DNA of 64,000 nucleotides from Enterobacteria phage XTG1: sequence record KT184316.1; one strand, 5' to 3'. Shown piece by piece: positions 48,638 to 58,216 of this stretch (position 1 is its first letter; each line of letters starts with the position of its first letter). The notes under the pieces were generated by a model. It saw only the letters and a program-made list of their open reading frames with translations, ran no database searches and was not told where the DNA came from. The position numbers and the translations under genes were made by a program.

Positions 48638-48717
48638 TTTACAAGGGGCTTATAGTTCGATAAAGTAAGCCCCAGATAAAGAGCTTTACTACTCAATCCT
48701 AAACTGGAGATTCAAAA
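48638..48717 (+). promoter_or_regulatory. Cassette type T (copy 7)
   Basis: Near-identical to copy 2. Confidence 0.6.
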
Positions 48718-49260
48718 ATGAAATGCTATCACGGAACTACTCAAGAAAATTTCCTCAACCTGATTAATAACGGTGATAAACCATCAGGCGCATGGAATTG
48801 TTCGGATATGGACGGCAATTTTTACGTGTATCCAGAAAATAAAATCTATGGCGACGATGATGAAGAGATAACATCGGAAGGTATTCAGCAAGCTCTAGGC
48901 AATGCCACTATTACGGCGGCCTTCCAGATGAAAACCCAAAATATTGTTATCTTAGAACTCGATATTCCAGAGGATGAGCTAAATGATGATTATTCTTGTG
49001 ATAATATGTCGAGTGTAGCAAGTTTTACAGAGTACTTTGATGTAAATTGGATTAAAAAGGTCTATACAACAGAGTTTAACGCTATGTATTCGCCTTTTTG
49101 TCTTCCTTCACTGGATAACCCAAATATGAACTATCTTGATGAGACATTAGAACTACTTGCTAAAAGTGTTCAACAATCGGACAGTATTCAGGTTTTTTGT
49201 GACATCATGGATACACTGACAGAAAACATCGCAGAAGAGGATTTAAAGGGTTTTTTCTAA
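48718..49260 (+). CDS. Early acidic protein
   Basis: 180 aa behind cassette T7. Confidence 0.5.
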   Translation: MKCYHGTTQENFLNLINNGDKPSGAWNCSDMDGNFYVYPENKIYGDDDEEITSEGIQQALGNATITAAFQMKTQNIVILELDIPEDELNDDYSCDNMSSVASFTEYFDVNWIKKVYTTEFNAMYSPFCLPSLDNPNMNYLDETLELLAKSVQQSDSIQVFCDIMDTLTENIAEEDLKGFF

Positions 49261-49326
49261 AAACCTATGCAATCACCTTATAAACACTGATTAGCCCCTC
49301 ACAGGGGCTTTTAGGAGGCTTAAATC

Positions 49327-49560
49327 ATGCTTACAACCGTTTATCTTATCCTTTCTATTTGTAATGGTCATTCATGTGATTTTAAAGGGCTTGAGGAGTT
49401 TACAGGGAGTAAAGAAAATGCTATTCAAGTTTGCCAGATAGCAAGACAAGACTATCCCGCCAGTGATGATATCCAATGCTACTTTAAGACAGAAGATGAA
49501 GACGGCGTCTATTTTGACAGTGTCGATGGTCAATATGAAATTATCATTGAGAAAGACTAG
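49327..49560 (+). CDS. Early small protein
   Basis: 77 aa; preceded by hairpin cccctcacagggg and SD aggagg. Confidence 0.5.
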   Translation: MLTTVYLILSICNGHSCDFKGLEEFTGSKENAIQVCQIARQDYPASDDIQCYFKTEDEDGVYFDSVDGQYEIIIEKD

Positions 49561-49651
49561 ACAAGCCTGATAAAAGTCTGTAAATTGTCAATCAACGGGG
49601 AGGGAATGACCTTCCCCACTAAATAAAGTCCTTAAACTAGGAGATTCTAAA
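49558..49651 (+). promoter_or_regulatory. Cassette type P (copy 4)
   Basis: TAGACA-17-TAAATT; hairpin 49597-49617. Confidence 0.6.
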
Positions 49652-49993
49652 ATGGCTTATGTAACTGTAATTACCGATAAAGAAAATTCATCTTGGTCAA
49701 CTCAAGTAAGTGATAAGATGTCACCTATGCAGTGCCTAAAATACTTTGAGCAGTGGAACAAAGGCGAGGACACAAGCCCCTTTCAAGTGATGCAGATTAT
49801 CCATGTAGACAACGAAGGGAATAAAACGACGCTGAATAGTGAGCACTACGCAACCCGATTTGAAACGAGAAGTAAAACAATGAAACTTTTACGTGAATCC
49901 GGTTATGCCCATATCGCCGCGTTAATCTGGGATGACCTGCTAAAAAGTCAGCGTATCAGCTATGTAAAGCCTGAAAAAATATTCATCAGTTAA
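49652..49993 (+). CDS. Early small protein
   Basis: 113 aa behind cassette P4. Confidence 0.5.
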   Translation: MAYVTVITDKENSSWSTQVSDKMSPMQCLKYFEQWNKGEDTSPFQVMQIIHVDNEGNKTTLNSEHYATRFETRSKTMKLLRESGYAHIAALIWDDLLKSQRISYVKPEKIFIS

Positions 49994-50122
49994 TCAATAA
50001 CTTACAAAAAACTTTTAAAAAAATGTTGACAATACCCCTTGACATTGGTAACTTTGTTCGAGGGGGTTTATCTAAAAGGGATTAACTTAAAAGATTCTTT
50101 ATAGATAAACTTAAAAAATTGC

Positions 50123-50213
50123 TTGCAATCAGATATCAAAACAAGTAAATTACTAATCAACGGGAGGGATGACCTCCCTACTAAATAAAAATCCTTAAAC
50201 TAGGAGAGTCAAA
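50123..50213 (+). promoter_or_regulatory. Cassette type P (copy 5, variant hairpin)
   Basis: TTGCAA-17-TAAATT; hairpin gggagg-gatga-cctccc with base changes that keep pairing. Confidence 0.6.
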
Positions 50214-50744
50214 ATGAACAAGTTTAAAGCTATCAACTTCATTCGTTCAAATGCTGTAATGTCTAAGCCTGTAAAAGATACATACGAATTTCGTTGTAAT
50301 GGGGTACATTTCGCAACAATCACCAAATCAGAAAACGGGGCTTATTATGTACATCGTCGTAATGTTGCAACCGTTGTAGTCTCTCACTTTATGCAAGCTG
50401 TAGCGGAATTATTACCGTTATTCTTAGAGATTTACTTAGATGAGTGTAAAAACGTTCACAACCACGTTAAAAACCTTTTAAACGGTTATAAAATGGCTTA
50501 TGAACGTTCTATCAAGTCACTAAACAAGTTTTACAATGCACCTGCAAATACTGTTTCAATGGCTTATGATGTAAACGGTGAGTTAGTTAGTCTCTTTAAA
50601 GTGGAAGAAATTAAACTGTATAATCTACGTCCTAGTGGTTACTCTAAGACTCTTGGTGAAGGTTTAACGTTCAATATCAAGAACTTAGAAAAAACTTTAA
50701 AAGATATTGAAAAAGATATTGACGAGACAATAAAAAGTCTGTAA
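50214..50744 (+). CDS. Early protein
   Basis: 176 aa behind cassette P5. Confidence 0.5.
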   Translation: MNKFKAINFIRSNAVMSKPVKDTYEFRCNGVHFATITKSENGAYYVHRRNVATVVVSHFMQAVAELLPLFLEIYLDECKNVHNHVKNLLNGYKMAYERSIKSLNKFYNAPANTVSMAYDVNGELVSLFKVEEIKLYNLRPSGYSKTLGEGLTFNIKNLEKTLKDIEKDIDETIKSL

Positions 50745-50812
50745 ATTGTCAATCAACGGGGAGGGAATGACCTTCCCCACTAAATAAAGTCCTTAAACTA
50801 GGAGTTATCAAG
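50719..50812 (+). promoter_or_regulatory. Cassette type P (copy 6)
   Basis: TTGACG-17-TAAATT; hairpin 50758-50778. Confidence 0.6.
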
Positions 50813-51076
50813 ATGGAAAACGTAGAATTAACCACACTTTTACAAATTGCAACTGACAAAGAAGATGTAGCACTGTTTCACCGTATCGAAAGCGATTTAT
50901 TCAATGGTGAAATCATCAAAGAATCTTATGAAGTTGTCGGATTCAAAGATGGTAAAGCGTTTGGCTTTTTTGACCTCGACAAAGGCAACGCTGTTACAAA
51001 ATATGATGTTTTATCTTGTGAGATTCTTACAAGATACAACGAAAAAAGGCTTGCAACATACGCCAATATGCAGTAA
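50813..51076 (+). CDS. Early small protein
   Basis: 87 aa behind cassette P6. Confidence 0.5.
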   Translation: MENVELTTLLQIATDKEDVALFHRIESDLFNGEIIKESYEVVGFKDGKAFGFFDLDKGNAVTKYDVLSCEILTRYNEKRLATYANMQ

Positions 51077-51142
51077 ATTACTAATCAACGGGAGGCGATA
51101 ACCTCCCCACTAAATAAAACCCTTAAACTAGGAGATTCAAAA
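51051..51142 (+). promoter_or_regulatory. Cassette type P (copy 7, variant hairpin)
   Basis: TTGCAA-17-TAAATT; hairpin gggagg-cgataa-cctccc. Confidence 0.6.
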
Positions 51143-51391
51143 ATGGCAACTATCCGCGCTACTGTCAATGCCTATGGCTGTTATACTCTGGACGTTAAAT
51201 TCGATATTGGTGGAACTGATGAGTGTTTTTCATTAGTGAAGACAGTTATCAAACAAGTTATTCCAGATTATAACCCTACTGATGACTTCTGGAAAGATGC
51301 TGTAAAAGAGGCATTAAACGACGAGCATCACTATCATTACTGGGGTGACTTGATTGTTTCACTGTACTACAATAAACAAGGTTACAACTAA
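51143..51391 (+). CDS. Early small protein
   Basis: 82 aa behind cassette P7; last gene before the noncoding region. Confidence 0.5.
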   Translation: MATIRATVNAYGCYTLDVKFDIGGTDECFSLVKTVIKQVIPDYNPTDDFWKDAVKEALNDEHHYHYWGDLIVSLYYNKQGYN

Positions 51392-51429
51392 TCGACGCAG
51401 CGGGGCTATTTAGCCCCAGATACCTGAAC

Positions 51430-51455
51430 AGCCCCTATTTAAAGGGGCTTTTTTA
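51430..51455 (+). terminator. Intrinsic terminator closing the small-ORF array
   Basis: agcccct-atttaa-aggggct hairpin + T6; preceded by a second short GC hairpin at 51402-51417. Confidence 0.6.
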
Positions 51456-51459
51456 CGTC

Positions 51460-53010
51460 TATTGAATCCTTATACAATCCCTTTCCTCACCTTTCCAGAA
51501 TCTTATCAGACCTTAAAAGCAATAACTCTATAGTCTACTCTATAACCTTTTATCAAATCAACTTAAATAAAAGCCAATAACCCCAGAAAGGGGATGGCCC
51601 ATTTAAACGCTCTATAAAGCTCTATAACAGCCTTATCAACTTAACTTAAGGGATTGCATTAACCAGCCTTAAAAAGCTCTTTACAAGGCTTTATAGAGGC
51701 TTAAAAGAATCTTATAAGGTTATAAGCTTTATTATCTCGTTAGCTATCTTGTGAATATCTAAAAAGGGCTTGTTAGTGTCTTAAAAGTATGTTATAGGGG
51801 CTTAAAAGTTACTTCAAAGTTACGTAAAAGAAGCTATAAAGTTACGTAAATGCTAGCCCCCTTAACAATTTCTTAACAATCCCTACATAGTTATGCTTGT
51901 TAGAGACTTGTTAGCCCCTTGTTAAATCTCTGTTAAAACCACGTAAAAGCCTTGTAAGAACCTTTGACATAGCCTTTAAAACCCCTGTAAAGCCTTATAA
52001 AGAGGTATCTGTACAGTTGGGGTGTAATTACTAGGAAGAGGCTTAAAAGAGCTTACAAGGAGCTATAGAGAGCTTTTAAAAGGTATGTTTAGAGAATCAC
52101 TAAGAGGGAAAGGGAACGATAAGAAAAGAGTAGTGACCATGTTAATAGCTTGTTAAAAAGATTAAACACTTGTTAGGAACTTGTTAATTATCTTAACAAA
52201 ATAACTCTTAAAAATTAACTTGTTAGCTCTTGTTAGTCATCTGTTAAGAGACTATAAAGACCATGTATCGTCTGTTAAGAAACTGTTAAGCCCTTGTTAG
52301 TTATGTTAAGAATCTGTTAAGACCTCTGAAGAGATGTTAAGAGATTGAGAGAGTTGTTAAGAGATTGTTAAGGATATTTTAAAATTCTGCAAAGTACTTG
52401 TAAGGGAGCTGTTAAGGGCTACCAAGCAGATATACATCTTCTACAGATATTTTTCAGTTCCTTCAAAGACCCTAAAAAATGACTTGATAGTCCTATTTTT
52501 ATAAAAATTTTAAAAATCTGAATAATTACCTATACAGTCTTTCTAAAATACAGGTAATAACAGGCTTATAAGATACCTTGTTAGTACCGTGTTAGACCTT
52601 GTGAGATAAGGTCTGTAAAGATATTCCTGTTAAGTTTGTTAAAACAGTCTATATAGAGGCTTAGTAGCACCTAGTGAACACCTATAGAGAGTATCATAGC
52701 TGACATAGAGATTAAGAGGTGTATAGGAGCTTCTAAGAGAGTGTAGAGAGATGGTTAAGGTGATTGTATAGGTTGTTAAGAAGGTTTGTTAGAAGAGTGT
52801 TTAGAGGGCTATTTAGAAGGGCTATACAGAGGGCTATTAAGACCACTAGATAGTTACTAAGATACTATATAGTACTATATAACTATATAGAGAGTAAGAT
52901 TAAGAAGGTTGTTAAGAAGGGTAGATATTTTATTCACATATGATGGTGACCCAGAGGTTGGGACAACCGATAAAATTTTATAAAAAATATAAATTTCGTA
53001 AATTTTACTC
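51460..53010. repeat. ORF-free repeat-dense region with phased (C/T)TGTTA(A/G) heptamers and other short repeats
   Basis: No ORF of 60 aa or more in any frame over ~1.55 kb; about 30 heptamers in both orientations, often at 10-11 bp spacing (e.g. 52290-52380); extra families GGGCTAT and ACTATATA (52800-52890); bounded by convergent terminators. Confidence 0.7.
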
Positions 53011-53012
53011 AA

Positions 53013-53037
53013 TAAAAAGCCCCCGATTAAGGAGGCT
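53013..53037 (-). terminator. Intrinsic terminator ending the minus-strand block
   Basis: On the minus strand: agcctcc-ttaatc-gggggct followed by TTTTTATT. Confidence 0.55.
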
Positions 53038-53048
53038 CTTAAGATATT

Positions 53049-53672
53049 TTAAATCAGTGTTTCCAGAACTGTTTTTAGGGATGACTTGGTTGTCTGATAA
53101 AAATGAGTAAATCCATTATTGTTATCGAATATCTGCATCATAACAGCATCTCCCTTGATTGGGTACACTCGGATATCATAGTGAAAACCATTAAAGACAC
53201 AAGAACCACTACAGAATGCACTAAAGTCAGCCACTGAGATATACTCTTCATGTCCTGTGATTTTTATACAAACACCTTTACTCGGTCTCTTAGGGTTGAT
53301 ATCTTCCATCACAGACATACTCTGTCCACCAAGAGATACCATAGTGACCACTTTACGGTTCTTCTGTTTAAAGTACATCTTAACTTTCTGCAAAGTGTCT
53401 TCATAGAATGGATAAGACCTTTCTACAAAGATTCCTTCAAGTGGCTCTTTACCATTTTCAACTTCTCGGTTATGCCGTACTGCAAAGATAATTTGTTCGA
53501 ACCAGTCAAGATTTTCTTCGGAGAGTGCTTCCCGAACATCCTTCCAGTCAAGTACTAAGTAGTTACCTTCAACTTCTTTTAAGTTATCTTTTTCCATATC
53601 TATCACACCATTATCGTAAAACTTGATATTCTGGTACTGCGAATTTATTACTATTGTTCTTGATGAGGTCAT
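53049..53672 (-). CDS. Hypothetical protein
   Basis: 207-aa ORF; true start may be an internal Met because the 5' end overlaps the upstream gene by 62 nt. Confidence 0.4.
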   Translation of the reverse strand: MTSSRTIVINSQYQNIKFYDNGVIDMEKDNLKEVEGNYLVLDWKDVREALSEENLDWFEQIIFAVRHNREVENGKEPLEGIFVERSYPFYEDTLQKVKMYFKQKNRKVVTMVSLGGQSMSVMEDINPKRPSKGVCIKITGHEEYISVADFSAFCSGSCVFNGFHYDIRVYPIKGDAVMMQIFDNNNGFTHFYQTTKSSLKTVLETLI

Positions 53673-54075
53673 CCTCTGAAACTAAAAATGTAATACCACA
53701 TAAGTGTCTGTAACGACTATCATACTCGAATATCTTAAACAGATATTTACCATCATGATAAACCTGTTGCACTTCACCTTCTGCAACAATCTCGCCTGTA
53801 ATAAAATTTTTTAGTTTATACACATTACCAACCTTAGGTACTGTTTTCATCTCAGGCTCTTTTAGTGCTACACCTATTTTTACATCACCGAGTAAATGAG
53901 AACTCTCAAAAGCTACGTGTTTCATATAAGCTTCTGAGCATTCCCAGATAAAACAGTGTACAAGAACCTTAGCAGCATGTCTTGAGCAGTTCAACTTATC
54001 ACAAATTTCTGTGTACATCTCATCTTTAGTAGAATTGTCAAGCATTGCTCTTTGCACTACTTCTTTAATTTTCAT
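53611..54075 (-). CDS. Hypothetical protein
   Basis: 154-aa ORF. Confidence 0.4.
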   Translation of the reverse strand: MKIKEVVQRAMLDNSTKDEMYTEICDKLNCSRHAAKVLVHCFIWECSEAYMKHVAFESSHLLGDVKIGVALKEPEMKTVPKVGNVYKLKNFITGEIVAEGEVQQVYHDGKYLFKIFEYDSRYRHLCGITFLVSEDDLIKNNSNKFAVPEYQVLR

Positions 54076-54487
54076 AAGCTCTCCGAATAACCCTATTAAG
54101 CATCTCTAAAGTCAGCTTTCCAGATTCTAAATGCGGCATAACAAGCTTTAAAGCTTTTTCAACATCATGCACAATATCAATTATACCTTCTTCATAGGCT
54201 TCTACGAGGATATCTTTTACACCGATATAGCCTTCATTGATAAGGATTTGCATATCAAAATCTTCTGATTGCTTGTTTAACTTACCTCTCCAATACCCAT
54301 CAGCATTAAAAGATATCACTTCACACTCTTTAAAATCCATATCATCTGCATGGAATGGAGTAATTATTGTGCATTGGATTGGGTACTCTACACCAGTGGT
54401 GTCAACATCAAAGACCTTCACAGAAGTAAGTGGTTTCTTTGTTTTAGAGCAGTAAACTGTCAATCTTTTACCAATAAGCTCTTTCAT
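54065..54487 (-). CDS. Hypothetical protein
   Basis: 140-aa ORF. Confidence 0.4.
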   Translation of the reverse strand: MKELIGKRLTVYCSKTKKPLTSVKVFDVDTTGVEYPIQCTIITPFHADDMDFKECEVISFNADGYWRGKLNKQSEDFDMQILINEGYIGVKDILVEAYEEGIIDIVHDVEKALKLVMPHLESGKLTLEMLNRVIRRAYEN

Positions 54488-54539
54488 TTCGCTACCTTCT
54501 AAGTTCCTACAAAGGGGCTATCAAGTAACCCCTAAGTTA

Positions 54540-54764
54540 TTACTCAGACTTTTCAGTCTTCTTATCGGATTTCTTGCTAGTCTTCTTCTCAGCTTTCTGC
54601 TCAGGTTCCTTCTCAGGAGTTGCCTTGATAACCATATCAAGAAGCTCTGATAAGTCACTCTTCAGAAGCGTTACAGGCTGCTCATTATAGAAGTTTTTGT
54701 CAAGATAAACTTTGAACTCTTCTATAGAAGGAAATCCAAAAATTGGTACAGGTGTCTTAATCAT
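54540..54764 (-). CDS. Hypothetical protein with Lys-rich C-terminus
   Basis: 74-aa ORF. Confidence 0.35.
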   Translation of the reverse strand: MIKTPVPIFGFPSIEEFKVYLDKNFYNEQPVTLLKSDLSELLDMVIKATPEKEPEQKAEKKTSKKSDKKTEKSE

Positions 54765-54840
54765 TACTTAGTCTCTCCATAGGCATCTTTTAAGATTGCC
54801 CTGTTAATCATTTCAGCGATTGCAAAACGAACACATACAG

Positions 54841-55374
54841 CTATAATTGTAGGTTGCATTCTTTACTTACCTCTTCAAGTTTAACCTCAGAATCCTTAAG
54901 TCGTTTCTTATGAACTCTGAACCTCATTAGTGAGATGATGATACCAGCTAAAGGAACAACATACAAGTACCAGACATCATGCAACTTTGCAGTAGTCTGT
55001 GTAATGGTCAAGTCTTGAGCTATGTAGCTGATTGCTGATACAGCTAGTAATGTTGCTAAGAAGAAAACCAGTATCATAACAATATTCAGACAACCTCTGG
55101 CATGGTATTCATGCTTAATGCACTTATTCTTCTCTTCAACAACCCTGTTGTAGTCATTTGTAAAGTCTCTGTAGAAAGCTTTTAAGTATTCTTGAGTGTA
55201 GCCTTCAAAGCAACCTGTACCGTACCAATAATCACCACCAAAATGTGCTATGATACCAGTATCCCCATTTGGTTTGGTTACTCTTAGTGAAGTATGATGA
55301 CCAGTCTTCTGATAATCTATCTTGTATCTTTCTTCGTAAATCATTTCCCAACCCCTCTCAATCGTTTGTTCCAC
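54841..55374 (-). CDS. Membrane protein
   Basis: 177 aa; two hydrophobic helices in the C-terminal half. Confidence 0.45.
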   Translation of the reverse strand: MEQTIERGWEMIYEERYKIDYQKTGHHTSLRVTKPNGDTGIIAHFGGDYWYGTGCFEGYTQEYLKAFYRDFTNDYNRVVEEKNKCIKHEYHARGCLNIVMILVFFLATLLAVSAISYIAQDLTITQTTAKLHDVWYLYVVPLAGIIISLMRFRVHKKRLKDSEVKLEEVSKECNLQL

Positions 55375-55559
55375 TCAAGGTCAACAAGTCTTTGCAGGAC
55401 TTTCCCTCTAGGTGTTACACCTTTTAAATCTGCATCGTAGCAACGGTAAAAGTCACCTTCAGCGTGTTTACCGTAGCATTTTCTGATATTCTGGCTCCTA
55501 CGATACTGCTCTAACAGGGACAGTTTGTAGTAGTCTTCAACTGTAGTTAGTTTTTTCAT
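55341..55559 (-). CDS. Hypothetical protein
   Basis: 72-aa ORF. Confidence 0.35.
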   Translation of the reverse strand: MKKLTTVEDYYKLSLLEQYRRSQNIRKCYGKHAEGDFYRCYDADLKGVTPRGKVLQRLVDLEWNKRLRGVGK

Positions 55560-56101
55560 TCTTTCACCATAGCGTTTCTGAACTGGCGTTGTGTTTCTCT
55601 TGTAATTTCGTTTGGGGTAAACCCTGCTTTTAGCATATCTCTGAAAAGAACTTCTAAATGGTTCCTCTCAATGATGTAAATGGCATTCTGAATAGCTGTT
55701 TTGCGCTCCTTCAGGTCACTACTAATCTCTTCGCACTTACTGGTAAGCTCTGTGTCAACTTTCTTATAGACTGGCATAACATGTGCGTAGCAACCTTTAT
55801 TAGTCTCCATGAAAAATTTAAAAGATTCTTCAGAGTCCTTTAGGGCAATCCCTATAAAGTTTTTGTAAGCACCTGTGAAAGATAAGGAATCAATCTCAGC
55901 AGTTGAGTATACAGTCCCTGCACACAGTCTTGCAGAAGTACTGAATGTGTGGTTTGGTGTTGTGTCAAAGTCTAAGTTCTTCAGTGGTCGGAAATAAACT
56001 GTACCATTGTGTGAGATGTGTGTTACAACAGCCTCAACACTCTTTGAAGGATTCTGTTTAACATACAAAATAATTTTATCGTGCTCTTTCACTTTAGCCA
56101 T
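55556..56101 (-). CDS. Hypothetical protein
   Basis: 181-aa ORF. Confidence 0.45.
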   Translation of the reverse strand: MAKVKEHDKIILYVKQNPSKSVEAVVTHISHNGTVYFRPLKNLDFDTTPNHTFSTSARLCAGTVYSTAEIDSLSFTGAYKNFIGIALKDSEESFKFFMETNKGCYAHVMPVYKKVDTELTSKCEEISSDLKERKTAIQNAIYIIERNHLEVLFRDMLKAGFTPNEITRETQRQFRNAMVKE

Positions 56102-56173
56102 AACTATTCTCCAGAAACTAAAAAGGGAACTACCTCTCGATAGCTCCCATCATAGTCAATATTGTATACTCGG

Positions 56174-56755
56174 TCAAGAGTATTTTTTAGGCAGCAATGC
56201 ACTGCGCTTGTTACTCTCTTCACTCAATAGTGCAATGAAAGCATCACTTTTACCTTTCCACGGGCTGAATGAAGGGATATGCTCACGAATGGCTTCAATC
56301 ACCGTTTTCAGTGCTGTATTTTTCATCCACCAATCAGAATCTGCTGATGCTACCACGTAGTATCCACCGTCATCAGTTAAAATTGGCTCTGAAATACATG
56401 GTGAAATCAAAGTGGTGATGATTGAACCATTGTTCATGTAGTATGTGCGTTTCATAACCTTTTCAAGAAGCTTGTGAAGGTCACCAAACAATGTTACAAG
56501 CTCTTTATGGTCAATATCTTTTTCGAGGTTTGCTCGATACTTCAAGAGTGCAGCATCAACCTCTCTGTCATTAAACTTGAAATATTGAACTTCTTCCACA
56601 AGGCAAACACTGATGTTGTTAACGTTCATAGTCAACTTACAAACTTTTACAGGAGAGTTGATATTTGGTTGAAAAAGTGCAATACACCCTTCAATATTTC
56701 CAAAATGTTGTACCAGTGTTACTTGTGGAGTAATATTCTGTTGCTCTTCGGACAT
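56174..56755 (-). CDS. Hypothetical protein
   Basis: 193-aa ORF. Confidence 0.45.
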   Translation of the reverse strand: MSEEQQNITPQVTLVQHFGNIEGCIALFQPNINSPVKVCKLTMNVNNISVCLVEEVQYFKFNDREVDAALLKYRANLEKDIDHKELVTLFGDLHKLLEKVMKRTYYMNNGSIITTLISPCISEPILTDDGGYYVVASADSDWWMKNTALKTVIEAIREHIPSFSPWKGKSDAFIALLSEESNKRSALLPKKYS

Positions 56756-57099
56756 TACAGTTTCCTCATTAAATACTTTTTAAGTTGTGTGTTAGGTTTC
56801 TCAAAAACTTCTATAGAAGATATCTTGACAGATTCACCACGCATACCTGTATGTTTGAATATGTAATACTCTAACATCCCTATATACTTTGCTGGTAAGT
56901 CATATTTTACATACACCGTCACAGAATCTTCAAACTCAACAACCTTTGTACCATCTTTGTAGTTAAACTCTTTAGGATGGTTGTAGTTGTCTATGTCATA
57001 CATTAAAAAGAGTCTTTTCCGTTGCATATCAAGCTTGTTTGTTAAAGACTCTTTGATATCTGAGAAGTTTTTGTACACTGTGACATGGAGCTTACTCAT
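56755..57099 (-). CDS. Hypothetical protein
   Basis: 114-aa ORF, 1-nt overlap coupling. Confidence 0.45.
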   Translation of the reverse strand: MSKLHVTVYKNFSDIKESLTNKLDMQRKRLFLMYDIDNYNHPKEFNYKDGTKVVEFEDSVTVYVKYDLPAKYIGMLEYYIFKHTGMRGESVKISSIEVFEKPNTQLKKYLMRKL

Positions 57100-57385
57100 C
57101 GTTAAACTCTCTGACGAAGAAATAGTTGACTTTGTTATTACCTACCATAAGGTCAAAGCAGGTATTTTCAAAAGGTTTGTTATAGGCATCATATGAAACG
57201 TATGTATCAGCTACTTGCTTAGTGCTTAACTTCTTACTTGATGGGTTTAAGAGGCCACCATACAGCTTCTTGATAGCCTCTTCTACAACAGACCAGATAA
57301 TTTCGTCAGTAATTTCTTCGTACAGGTCAAGTTCACGCTCTAGTGAGAAGTCACAAATAGGGAAAACAACCTGTACTTTACTCAT
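57092..57385 (-). CDS. Hypothetical protein
   Basis: 97-aa ORF. Confidence 0.45.
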   Translation of the reverse strand: MSKVQVVFPICDFSLERELDLYEEITDEIIWSVVEEAIKKLYGGLLNPSSKKLSTKQVADTYVSYDAYNKPFENTCFDLMVGNNKVNYFFVREFNDE

Positions 57386-57774
57386 TAACGAATAACCTGT
57401 GAGACTTGAATTGCTTCAGTTACAGACAAATCACCAACTTTCTCTTCTTTGATAAAAGTGAATGTGAGTTCAACAGGCTCTTGCTCTTCTTGCTCAACTG
57501 GAATGCCATTAAGCTCATCGCGGATTGATTGAGTTGTCCAGTCTTCTCCACCATCTGGATAATGGATGGCGTAAAGAGGAAACTCCATGTCATACCAGCC
57601 AAATACAGGGCAACCATCTGCATCATCTCGCATTCTGCGAAGGGTGCTACCTGAGCCTGTAAAGCGAAGACTAATATTTCCATTACACTCAAAAATCACT
57701 GCGTCAGCAAGTCCAGCATCTTCTCGACCATCATGGCCAAAGGTGTCAACTTTTACTTGAATCTCTTTATTCAT
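57385..57774 (-). CDS. Hypothetical protein
   Basis: 129-aa ORF. Confidence 0.45.
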   Translation of the reverse strand: MNKEIQVKVDTFGHDGREDAGLADAVIFECNGNISLRFTGSGSTLRRMRDDADGCPVFGWYDMEFPLYAIHYPDGGEDWTTQSIRDELNGIPVEQEEQEPVELTFTFIKEEKVGDLSVTEAIQVSQVIR

Positions 57775-58165
57775 AAAAACCTCTCTCTGCTTGTTCTATT
57801 TTTGCTCTTAAAGCTTCGCAATGTTGTAAATGATAGTTAGCTTCTTGTTCATGTGTTGCTAACTGCCTTTCCAGAACAGTTTTATAATAACTTGCGAGTT
57901 GCTCTTTTGTCAATGGGTGCTCTGAAATAATATCAAGTCCACTTTCACCAAGAGGGTTGAATTGTCCATGTTCGTTGACATTGTAAGTCTCAAACTTAAA
58001 CAGGCCATTGTTCACAGACTCAATAGGTGACAGCTCAACAAGCTCTACAGTAAACCGTGTATATACCTTGTCACCTCTTGAAACCACATTGTTCCCGACA
58101 ATGCGTACAAGCGAGCCATTACGAGTGTACTTAAAAGTTCCAAAGTCACTAGCCCAAAGTTTCAT
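57767..58165 (-). CDS. Hypothetical protein
   Basis: 132-aa ORF. Confidence 0.45.
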   Translation of the reverse strand: MKLWASDFGTFKYTRNGSLVRIVGNNVVSRGDKVYTRFTVELVELSPIESVNNGLFKFETYNVNEHGQFNPLGESGLDIISEHPLTKEQLASYYKTVLERQLATHEQEANYHLQHCEALRAKIEQAERGFYE

Positions 58166-58180
58166 AGTTTTCTCCTTAGA

Positions 58181-58208
58181 AAATAAAAAAGGCTCCCGAA
58201 GGAGCCTA
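58181..58208 (-). terminator. Intrinsic terminator downstream of the lysozyme gene
   Basis: Minus strand: aggctcc-ttcg-ggagcc followed by T-tract. Confidence 0.55.
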
Positions 58209-58216
58209 TGAAGATA

